DNA of 63,880 bases, the filler included, from an uncultured Methanosarcinales archaeon (GTDB lineage: Archaea > Nanobdellota > Nanobdellia > Woesearchaeales > CAZKBD01), in the NCBI GenBank assembly GCA_964550945.1. It is 11 parts of 11 records of this genome, joined end to end, with 100 filler letters (N's around TTAATTAATTAA, not from the genome) between each part and the next. Parts side by side here need not be neighbours in the genome. Positions count along the whole stretch, not along the records: positions 19,642 to 25,866 come from CAZKBD010000098.1; positions 25,967 to 31,803 come from CAZKBD010000100.1; 9 more parts are not named here. The stretch is one strand, 5' to 3'. This document shows, piece by piece, positions 20,891 through 29,060 of the stretch. The notes under the pieces are model-generated. The model was not told the origin of the DNA and made no database searches. It worked only from the letters and a program-made list of their open reading frames with translations. Positions within the stretch are counted from its first letter, which is position 1; each line of letters begins with the position of its first letter. Made by a program: the position numbers and the translations under genes.

Positions 20891-20939
20891 GTGGAAAAGA
20901 AAAAATTCTACTAGGTTTATAAATGTTTTTAAATAGCAG

Positions 20940-21803
20940 ATGATTTTATTAGCAGCAATGATAGAAAAGATAAAAGATAGATTAAGGAAATTAACTGGCC
21001 ATAATACTGTTGAGCTTACTTCAAGAGGCAACATTGCTATATTTGCAGCTTTGTATCTGGCAAGGCAGTCTACTCTAGACAAAAACCATAAAATAACCAA
21101 AAACATTGTTCTTATCCCAGACCAGGGCGGCTGGTTTACCTATAAAAAATACCCAAAGATGCTTGAATTAGAGCCAGTTGAGATTAAAACAGATAATGGG
21201 GTCATTGATACAGGCAATTTAAAAAAAATAATCAAAGATGATAAAAAAATATTATGCGTGCTATATTCAAATCCTGCTGGTTATTTTGCAGAGCAGCCTT
21301 ATAAAGAAGTTTTTGATAGTTTAAACAAGAGTGACATAATAACTATCCTTGATATAACCGGCTGCATTGGTGATGGAGCTGAATATGGGGATTATGCAGA
21401 CGTCCTTGTTTGCTCGTTTGGCGAGTACAAGCCAGTTGATGGGGGTTATGGTGGTTTTATCTCGATAAAAAATAAAGAGATTTATGAAAAAGGAAAAGAG
21501 ATATTCAATACAATCTCATTTGATGAAAAATATTCAGAAAAGTTATTGGAAAAATTAAATAACTTAAAAGAAAGGCACGATTATTTCAATAAAATAAGCA
21601 AAAAAATAAAAAATGATTTAAAAGATTATGGCATCATTCATAAAGATAAGAGAGGTATTAACGTGATTGTAAAGTACAAGACAGAGCAAGAAAAAGAAAG
21701 ATTAATAAATTACTGCAAAGAAAATAGTTATCCTTACAGGTTATGCCCGATGTACATAAAAGTGAATGAAAAAGCGGTTAGTATTGAAGTGCAACGATTA
21801 TAG
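20940..21803 (+). CDS. PLP-dependent DegT/DnrJ-like aminotransferase-family protein
   Basis: TSRGNIAI, ILDITGCIG, CSFGEYKPVDGGYGG. Confidence 0.7.
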   Translation: MILLAAMIEKIKDRLRKLTGHNTVELTSRGNIAIFAALYLARQSTLDKNHKITKNIVLIPDQGGWFTYKKYPKMLELEPVEIKTDNGVIDTGNLKKIIKDDKKILCVLYSNPAGYFAEQPYKEVFDSLNKSDIITILDITGCIGDGAEYGDYADVLVCSFGEYKPVDGGYGGFISIKNKEIYEKGKEIFNTISFDEKYSEKLLEKLNNLKERHDYFNKISKKIKNDLKDYGIIHKDKRGINVIVKYKTEQEKERLINYCKENSYPYRLCPMYIKVNEKAVSIEVQRL

Positions 21804-21815
21804 AGGTGATGAAAA

Positions 21816-22229
21816 ATTTTAAAACAGCCTGAATCAGTGGAAGAATGTGTTTATTTTTCAAACAGGACAATAGGCAATGGCAAAGCAATGGCATGGGTCT
21901 ATAGGGTTGATTGCCCAAAATGCCACAAATCAAAGATGGGCAAGCCAGTGGAAAAAGGGAAAATAAAGATAAGAGCAGATGAATACAAATGTCCTGAATG
22001 CGGCTATACTGAAACAAAAGAGCAGCATGAGCCTAGGCTAAAAGTTGAGGTGATTTATACATGCCCCCATTGCGGAAACCAGGGAGAAGCAACAACTGAA
22101 TACAAAAGAAAAAGCTTTGAAGGGGTTCCTGCTTTTGTGTTCCAATGCGGAAAATGCGGTAATAAGATAGGACTGACAAAGAAGATGAAGAAAACGAAAA
22201 AGGGCGAAGAACCGAGTGAAGAGTCATAA
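21816..22229 (+). CDS. Multi-zinc-ribbon protein
   Basis: Four CxxC pairs; frame opens at 21813; ATT 21816 follows GAGGTG. Confidence 0.8.
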   Translation: MLKQPESVEECVYFSNRTIGNGKAMAWVYRVDCPKCHKSKMGKPVEKGKIKIRADEYKCPECGYTETKEQHEPRLKVEVIYTCPHCGNQGEATTEYKRKSFEGVPAFVFQCGKCGNKIGLTKKMKKTKKGEEPSEES

Positions 22230-22322
22230 GTGCGCTCACTAAAATCCTTCCTTTTTCGTGGCAAAACCGCAACATTTATATATTACCTGCTCACCTCATA
22301 CTATCAAGAATTCTGATAAAGA

Positions 22323-22967
22323 ATGGTAGAAGATCAAGATATCAAAAAAACAGGCACAACGACAGTTGCAATCGTTTGCAAAGAGGGCATTGTGTTAGCA
22401 GCTGATAAAAGAGTCACTTCTGGTTATTTATTAGCCTACAAAAAATTTGAGAAGATTGCAAAAATAACTGACAATATAGCTGTGACAATGGCTGGAACAG
22501 TCTCAGATGTCCAATTGTTAACAAAACTGATACGAGCTGAGCTTCAATTAAAAAAGATAAGAACAAATAGAGAATGCACAGTAAAAGAAGCAACTAATCT
22601 GTTAGCATCGCTGGTTTACCAAAATATCAGGAAATTAAGTTTAATACCAGGAATAAGCCATTTTATTGTTGGAGGCATAGACATTTCTGGTTTGTATGCT
22701 TATGATGTTGGTGCTGATGGCTCTGTGACAGAATGCGATGAGTACACAAGCTCTGGCTCAGGTTCAGTGATGGCATACGGCGTTTTAGAAACACTCTACA
22801 AAAAAGACCTATCTGTTGATGAGGGTGTTAAGCTTGCGGCAAAATCAATAAACGCAGCAGTACAGAGGGATATAGCATCTGGAAATGGTATTAACATTGT
22901 GACTGTAACAAAAGATGGGGTTAAGAATGTATTGTCAAAGGATGTTTCAGTTAAGATAGAAGCTTAG
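22323..22967 (+). CDS. psmB: Proteasome beta subunit
   Basis: KTG|TTTVAI, AADKR, SSGSGS, RDIASG. Confidence 0.97.
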   Translation: MVEDQDIKKTGTTTVAIVCKEGIVLAADKRVTSGYLLAYKKFEKIAKITDNIAVTMAGTVSDVQLLTKLIRAELQLKKIRTNRECTVKEATNLLASLVYQNIRKLSLIPGISHFIVGGIDISGLYAYDVGADGSVTECDEYTSSGSGSVMAYGVLETLYKKDLSVDEGVKLAAKSINAAVQRDIASGNGINIVTVTKDGVKNVLSKDVSVKIEA

Positions 22968-23012
22968 ATCAATAAAAAATATTGTGCTAAAATTCTTTAA
23001 ATGGTGAATTAA

Positions 23013-24905
23013 ATGGGCGAAATAATAAAAGAAATCTTGAAGTATTTGCCACAGGATAGGATAAGTGACGCTTGTTTTGAAGGCGCTAATATAGTTCTAT
23101 ATACAAAAGACAAGGATTTTTTTCTGGATAACAATGGAGTGATTAAGAAGGTTGTTGATGATATCAAAAAAAGAGTCGAATTAAGGCCTGATCCAAGCGT
23201 AACAATGGATATGGAGAAAGCAGAAAAAGAGATAAAAAAGATTATTCCTGAGGAAGCTGCTGTCGATAATATAATATTTGACTCGCAGCGCTCGATTGTG
23301 ATAATAGAGGCTGAAAAGCCAGGCTTAGCAATAGGCAAACAAGGGGCATTTCTGCGAGAGATAAGGAATAAAACCTTATGGGTGCCTATAATAAGGCGAA
23401 AGCCGGCAATAAGATCAAAACTTATAGAGAACATTCGTGCTGTATTATACCAGCATTCAGATTACAGAAGAAAATTTCTCGATAAGGTTGGCCACAGAAT
23501 TTATGACGGCTGGCTCAGAGAAAAAAAGCATGAATGGATAAGAGTTAGCTATCTTGGAGGAGCAAGGCAAGTTGGCAGGTCATGCTTATTCCTGCAGACA
23601 CCTGAATCAAGGATATTGCTGGACTGCGGGATTAATGTAGCATCAGACGATGAAGCCTATCCTTTGCTTGAGGCTCCGGAATTCAACATCAAGGATCTGG
23701 ATGCTGTGATAGTTTCTCACGCTCACCTTGACCATTCTGGATTTGTCCCTTATCTATTCAAATTCGGCTATAGGGGCCCTGTTTATTGTACTGCTCCAAC
23801 AAGAGATATAATGTCCCTTCTGCAGCTTGATCTGATAAAGATTGCCAGAAACGACGGAAAAGAGCCAGTATACACCCAAGATGACATAAAGGAGATGGTC
23901 AAGCATACTGTTACACTAGAATATGAAGAAGTAACTGATGTAACGCCTGATGTGAGATTAACTCTGTATAATGCAGGGCATATGTTAGGATCTTCAATGG
24001 TCCATTTGCATATTGGAAATGGGCTGCACAACATGCTCTACACAGGAGACATGAAGTATGGCAGAACAAGATTATTGGAGCCTGCATCAACAGTATTTCC
24101 TAGATTGGAAACATTGATGATGGAAAGCACTTATGGTGGTGAAGATAATATCCTGCCGCCAAGAGAGCAGCAAGAGCAGCATCTAAAAGAGATCATACAG
24201 GAAACAATAAAAAGAAAAGGCAAGATTCTTATTCCAGTGCTTGGAGCAGGTCGAGCCCAGGAAGTCATGGTTGTATTGGATACAATGATAAAATCAAATG
24301 AGCTTGAGAATATCCCTGTTTTCATCGATGGAATGGTTTGGGACATCACAGCAATTCATACAGCTTATCCAGAATTTTTAAATAATATAGTGAGAAAGCT
24401 CATATTCCATAAAGACCAAAACCCTTTCTTGGCTGATTGCTTCAAAAGAGTTGGCTCTAAAAAAGAAAGGACCCAGATAATTGAGGAGACAGGCGCTTGC
24501 ATCATATTAGCAACCTCTGGAATGCTGGTAGGCGGGCCGTCTGTGGAATATTTAAGGCAATTATCTGACAACCCAAGGAACACACTTGTCTTTGTCTGCT
24601 ACCAGGGAGAAGGCTCATTAGGCAGGAGGCTCCAGCGTGGCGAAAGAGAATTCCAGATTGGCAGCTCATTAAATCCAGAAGTGATGCACATTAAAATGGA
24701 TATCCAGACAATAGAAGGCTTCTCAGGCCATTCAAGCAGAAAAGAATTGATGAATTTTGTGTACCATTGCAATCCTAAGCCTAAAAAAGTCATTGTTAAC
24801 CATGGTGAATCTTCGAGATGCTTGAATCTTGCAAGCTCTATCCACAAAATCGCCAGAATCGAAACTTCAGCCCCAAGAAATCTCGAAGCAGTCAGGATAA
24901 AATAA
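23013..24905 (+). CDS. fttA: Beta-CASP ribonuclease aCPSF1 (FttA)
   Basis: N-terminal KH region; LGGARQVGRS, SHAHLDH, NAGHMLGS, MESTYG, FSGHS, NHGE; follows psmB. Confidence 0.96.
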   Translation: MGEIIKEILKYLPQDRISDACFEGANIVLYTKDKDFFLDNNGVIKKVVDDIKKRVELRPDPSVTMDMEKAEKEIKKIIPEEAAVDNIIFDSQRSIVIIEAEKPGLAIGKQGAFLREIRNKTLWVPIIRRKPAIRSKLIENIRAVLYQHSDYRRKFLDKVGHRIYDGWLREKKHEWIRVSYLGGARQVGRSCLFLQTPESRILLDCGINVASDDEAYPLLEAPEFNIKDLDAVIVSHAHLDHSGFVPYLFKFGYRGPVYCTAPTRDIMSLLQLDLIKIARNDGKEPVYTQDDIKEMVKHTVTLEYEEVTDVTPDVRLTLYNAGHMLGSSMVHLHIGNGLHNMLYTGDMKYGRTRLLEPASTVFPRLETLMMESTYGGEDNILPPREQQEQHLKEIIQETIKRKGKILIPVLGAGRAQEVMVVLDTMIKSNELENIPVFIDGMVWDITAIHTAYPEFLNNIVRKLIFHKDQNPFLADCFKRVGSKKERTQIIEETGACIILATSGMLVGGPSVEYLRQLSDNPRNTLVFVCYQGEGSLGRRLQRGEREFQIGSSLNPEVMHIKMDIQTIEGFSGHSSRKELMNFVYHCNPKPKKVIVNHGESSRCLNLASSIHKIARIETSAPRNLEAVRIK

Positions 24906-24942
24906 AAACCCTTAAAAACAACTGCTCTTTTCTATTTCGTTT

Positions 24943-25836
24943 ATGGAACAACTTGGAGATTTCAGGAAAGCTGGAAATATAGCGGCAGAAGCCCTTGAAT
25001 ACGGCAGGAATTTGATTAAAAAAGACGCTTCTTATTTTGATGTTCTTAAGAAGATTGAGGAAAAAATAAGAAAGTCAGGCGGCGATTTTGCTTTTCCTCC
25101 TCAAATAAGCCTTGATGAAACAGCTGCTCATTTTCTTATCGAGAAAAAAGAGGAGGATATCATCTTTAAAGGCCAACTGGCAAGCTTGGATATTGGCGTT
25201 CATGTTAATGGAGCCATTGGTGATAATGCCTGCACTGTAGATTTATCCGGGAAACATTCTGAATTAGTAAAAGCAAGCGAAGAAGCATTAAAAGAAGCGA
25301 TAAAAACAATTGAGCAAGGCAATTTACAATTAGGAAAGATTGGCAAAGTTATACAAGAGACAATTGAAAGCTTTGGCTTTAAGCCAATAAGGAATCTTAG
25401 CGGACATGGCCTAAACGTTTACAATATCCATGCTCCTCCTACGATACCTAATTTTGATACAAAAGATGATATTGAATTAGAAAAAGATCATGTTTATGCA
25501 ATAGAGCCATTTGCAACAACCGGAGCTGGCTTAATATATGAGAAAGGCGACCCTAAAATATTTGCAATGCTTGGAAAAAAATCAGTAAGGATCGGTTTTG
25601 TGAGGCAGATACAAAAAATAATTGAAGAGTTTGATGGCCTGCCTTTTACAACAAGATGGATTGCTGGCTATTCTGAAGCGCAGATTAAATATGCTCTAAA
25701 CCAGTTCAAGTTATTAGACATACTGAAAGAATACCCGCCATTAGTTGAAAAAGAGAATGGATTAGTAAGCCAGGCTGAAAAGTCATTATATATTGGCAAA
25801 GACGGAAAAGTTGAGGTTTTGACAAAGATTTCTTAG
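24943..25836 (+). CDS. map: Type II methionine aminopeptidase
   Basis: AAHF, LDIGVHVNGAIGD, NLSGHGL, AIEPFAT, VSQAE. Confidence 0.96.
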   Translation: MEQLGDFRKAGNIAAEALEYGRNLIKKDASYFDVLKKIEEKIRKSGGDFAFPPQISLDETAAHFLIEKKEEDIIFKGQLASLDIGVHVNGAIGDNACTVDLSGKHSELVKASEEALKEAIKTIEQGNLQLGKIGKVIQETIESFGFKPIRNLSGHGLNVYNIHAPPTIPNFDTKDDIELEKDHVYAIEPFATTGAGLIYEKGDPKIFAMLGKKSVRIGFVRQIQKIIEEFDGLPFTTRWIAGYSEAQIKYALNQFKLLDILKEYPPLVEKENGLVSQAEKSLYIGKDGKVEVLTKIS

Positions 25837-25866
25837 TGTACTATTTTGTATATCAGTTTAAAAAAC

Positions 25867-25966
25867 NNNNNNNNNNNNNNNNNNNNNNNNNNNNNNNNNN
25901 NNNNNNNNNNTTAATTAATTAANNNNNNNNNNNNNNNNNNNNNNNNNNNNNNNNNNNNNNNNNNNN
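25867..25966. other. Artificial contig linker
   Basis: N-run + TTAATTAATTAA + N-run. Confidence 0.99.
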
Positions 25967-26094
25967 GGTGCTTACAGAGGAGAAACGCAAAAGTTTACTT
26001 GGAAATGCATAGTTATTATTTTACCTTCTGTACCAGTAATAAACCATCAAGAAAAGTTAGTTGCATATTATTCGCAATTCATGAATTATTCTTT

Positions 26095-26943
26095 TTATTT
26101 AAATTCAACTGCAAATCTATAATCTCTCTCTTTTAAGTCTAGGATAAGTTTTATGGGGACACTAGTTGTTTCAGGAGGTCCACCAGAATAGCCATCTAAA
26201 CCAGGACATCCTTTTTCAATATGGACTGTATGCATACCTTCAGTAGATAAATATGCAATATTATACCTTGATTTCAAAGCATCTTCAGCTAATTGCTCAA
26301 GTTGTAATTTTGGAAAAGCCACAAATTCCGCATTATAATCAAGACTTCCACAACTGTCCCTTAACACCCATATTGTTGTATCTTCTGTTCTAAATTGGGG
26401 TAAGAATCTCAACTCTCTCGCATTTTCACTCATTGTGCTTACTCCTTCAATTTCAAGCCGCGGAGTACCATAAGTCTTATGTAATCTTCTTAATACACTG
26501 TCAATAGTCTGTATCTCACCAACTTCTCTGGTGTAATACACTACTCCCAGAACATTAACGCTACCAAATCTCGATTGCAATTCAAGAAGGTATTTATTCC
26601 AAACTCCTAAATTACCTGCAAAATAATCATCTATAACCCTTCCCTCTTCCTCACATAATTTTTGTGGTTGCCTAGGTAAGGCCAATGCAGCCCCACCAGT
26701 TGTTATCTCACGTGCTAAATTAATTATTCTAAGATCAGTTTGTTGCGCATGTTCATACTCCCAAGTATTTGGTTCGCTAGGTGGATCACTACCTATTCCT
26801 CCTGTGTTAAGCGGAGATGTAGCATACATTTCTTGGCTGAAATCGCCAGTAGTAAATGCCACCCGCTTCAATTTGAACCTTTCAATAGAAATATCATGAG
26901 GTCTTCCAGTACCAGCCCATTGATCATAGGTCCTTTCTTCCAT
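26095..26943 (-). CDS. Hypothetical protein
   Basis: Long ORF; TTTAAATA box about 25 nt before ATG 26943; no recognised motif. Confidence 0.65.
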   Translation of the reverse strand: MEERTYDQWAGTGRPHDISIERFKLKRVAFTTGDFSQEMYATSPLNTGGIGSDPPSEPNTWEYEHAQQTDLRIINLAREITTGGAALALPRQPQKLCEEEGRVIDDYFAGNLGVWNKYLLELQSRFGSVNVLGVVYYTREVGEIQTIDSVLRRLHKTYGTPRLEIEGVSTMSENARELRFLPQFRTEDTTIWVLRDSCGSLDYNAEFVAFPKLQLEQLAEDALKSRYNIAYLSTEGMHTVHIEKGCPGLDGYSGGPPETTSVPIKLILDLKERDYRFAVEFK

Positions 26944-27017
26944 TTTTAACAAGGAAAGTGGAAAGATTATTTAAATTTTACTATAATAATCACTAAAGAA
27001 TAGCAAAAAATAGTTTT

Positions 27018-27290
27018 TTACCTTTCAAACTTAGAGATGCTCTTCTCTATACTGTTGAATGGAAATGGCCTGTAGTTTGAAACAAATGTCATATACCTTA
27101 AAAAGATATATGTTTGGGTGTTCCATATCTCAGAGAATTTTGCAATGCCTCTTTTGCGCTTCTTCGTAAAAATAACAATAAACCAATGCACTATCGCTAA
27201 AATCTGGATCAGCCCCTTCCACAGCCCTAGTATGATCCCGCTGACTATACACACCAGAATCCTCATCCAAGCCTCTTTTCTTTCGTTCAT
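27018..27290 (-). CDS. Small membrane protein (DUF4389-like)
   Basis: IVHWFIVIFTKKR..YMTFVSNYRPFPF; AGGTGA RBS. Confidence 0.75.
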   Translation of the reverse strand: MNERKEAWMRILVCIVSGIILGLWKGLIQILAIVHWFIVIFTKKRKRGIAKFSEIWNTQTYIFLRYMTFVSNYRPFPFNSIEKSISKFER

Positions 27291-27392
27291 ATCAGATCAC
27301 CTTCTTTTTGATTGTTGAATACTTCTTTGTTAAATCTATTTAAAAGCTTTTCTGATTTCTAAGATACAGATAGAAAAAGTGGATTACAAGAG

Positions 27393-28601
27393 TTAGATTA
27401 AAGTGTAAAGGTTAATACTTTTTTCTTTTAAGTATTTTAAAATCTCCATTTTCACACCACCATTAACCCAAGGAGTAGTCCCATCAAATAGGCTAACCTT
27501 TACCTGCCCTCTTCCATTGGTTAAACCGCTCTCTTCCCTAACTGTACTTAAGACGCCTCCACAGATTTCTTCAAATTCTGCAATATCCATATTAATTCCT
27601 TTTCTGGCTAAAAAAGCAGTTAAATCAATTTCAGGCACTGCAACTGCACCTTTTGAAATGGACCCCCCTACATGCTGCAAAATTGCGTAATCAGTTATGG
27701 GCATCAGCATTTCTGGAGCAGCGTTTGGATCAACCACTGGAAGTCTCAAATCAGGCAATCGTCTCAAAGCTTCTATGTACCTTTCAGCTAATTTGGTGTT
27801 TGATGAACACCAATAATCAGGATCATTTGCGATAATCTGGTTTACCATACCTTTAAAGAGGGATGTTCTGAAAAAATCTTTTGGAGATGTAGCAGCTATA
27901 AATATCAATAAATCATGCTCTAACTCGCAACCTTTTCCAGCATAATGAAAATCTGGATTGTCTAGCCTGCCCTTAGCAAATTGTAAACCCACGTATGATC
28001 CAGGATCTTCTCCTCTAATTCCATCATCATTTGCTAATCTTTCCAGATCTGATCTTGCCCCTCCATATCTCATTAGCCCTAATGATTCTGTAGCCATTGC
28101 TCGTATGTCTCTTGGCCTAACATCCCCTTGGAAATGAAAATCAGTAACAAATACATTATGTCTGGAACTAAATGGCGGGTCATCAGTGCATGGATGCACC
28201 ATTCCTTGCTCTGGATTATTTAGCCATCTTAACAGAACTTCACCAACCGGTTCATATTGCCTCTCTGCTAATAACCTAGCTGCAGCACGTCTCTCGTAAA
28301 AAACTAAATCGCTTTCTGGCGCATTTGCAATATACGTTTGAAACAATTCCTCGCTTGTTTGATCTCTCCACATATCAACAAAAGTAACTAATGAAACTTT
28401 GCCAAACCCAATGCTCCCCTCATCATATCTGGGCCTTAATTGACCAAGAGCAAGTTCTTTTGCTTTATCTGGGCTAAGAGCGCTTATATGAACCACACCA
28501 CCTCCACTATAATCTTCGTGATGGAAAGGTGTCGTACCAGATGATGTGCTTGTACTTACAGAATAGGGTACTCTAAATAGTTCATTATATTTTTGATCCA
28601 T
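27393..28601 (-). CDS. Hypothetical protein with HEAT-repeat-like segments
   Basis: RRAAARLLAE and IRAMATESLG..LERLA helices; own TATA box. Confidence 0.6.
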   Translation of the reverse strand: MDQKYNELFRVPYSVSTSTSSGTTPFHHEDYSGGGVVHISALSPDKAKELALGQLRPRYDEGSIGFGKVSLVTFVDMWRDQTSEELFQTYIANAPESDLVFYERRAAARLLAERQYEPVGEVLLRWLNNPEQGMVHPCTDDPPFSSRHNVFVTDFHFQGDVRPRDIRAMATESLGLMRYGGARSDLERLANDDGIRGEDPGSYVGLQFAKGRLDNPDFHYAGKGCELEHDLLIFIAATSPKDFFRTSLFKGMVNQIIANDPDYWCSSNTKLAERYIEALRRLPDLRLPVVDPNAAPEMLMPITDYAILQHVGGSISKGAVAVPEIDLTAFLARKGINMDIAEFEEICGGVLSTVREESGLTNGRGQVKVSLFDGTTPWVNGGVKMEILKYLKEKSINLYTLI

Positions 28602-28676
28602 ATTTGTAGGGATTATACCTAAATATTTAAATCTTCCTATCTGATACCATCATACAGTTAGAACTAGATTGTGGTT

Positions 28677-29048
28677 TCATTTTCTGTTCCTGCTATAAAA
28701 CCAATAAAACACTAAATATATCAGGATCCATATGCACACTGAATAAGCTAATGTCAGGCCTATTTGGGTAAATTGAGGGTATTGGTCTTTTAATGCTACA
28801 AGAATTATTCCTGTGATTGCTGCTGCCATAACAAAAAGGTTGGATGCGGCCCTGTAAGACTTATGCGATATTTCAATAATTGCCTCGTCTATTGCCAGCT
28901 TTCTTCTGCAGAAGTATAAAATTAAGATAGCTACTAACACAGAAACAGCAGGAACAATTATGTCCTGGAAGACAAAAGAGACTCCAATAATGATTCCTAA
29001 GATTATTGTAAGGATTATTACACATCGTTTATAGGTTTTTAGCTGCAT
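28677..29048 (-). CDS. Four-TM membrane protein (DUF2178-like)
   Basis: Four hydrophobic segments with a DE..I..KS loop. Confidence 0.65.
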   Translation of the reverse strand: MQLKTYKRCVIILTIILGIIIGVSFVFQDIIVPAVSVLVAILILYFCRRKLAIDEAIIEISHKSYRAASNLFVMAAAITGIILVALKDQYPQFTQIGLTLAYSVCIWILIYLVFYWFYSRNRK

Positions 29049-29060
29049 TTTATTTTCCTC

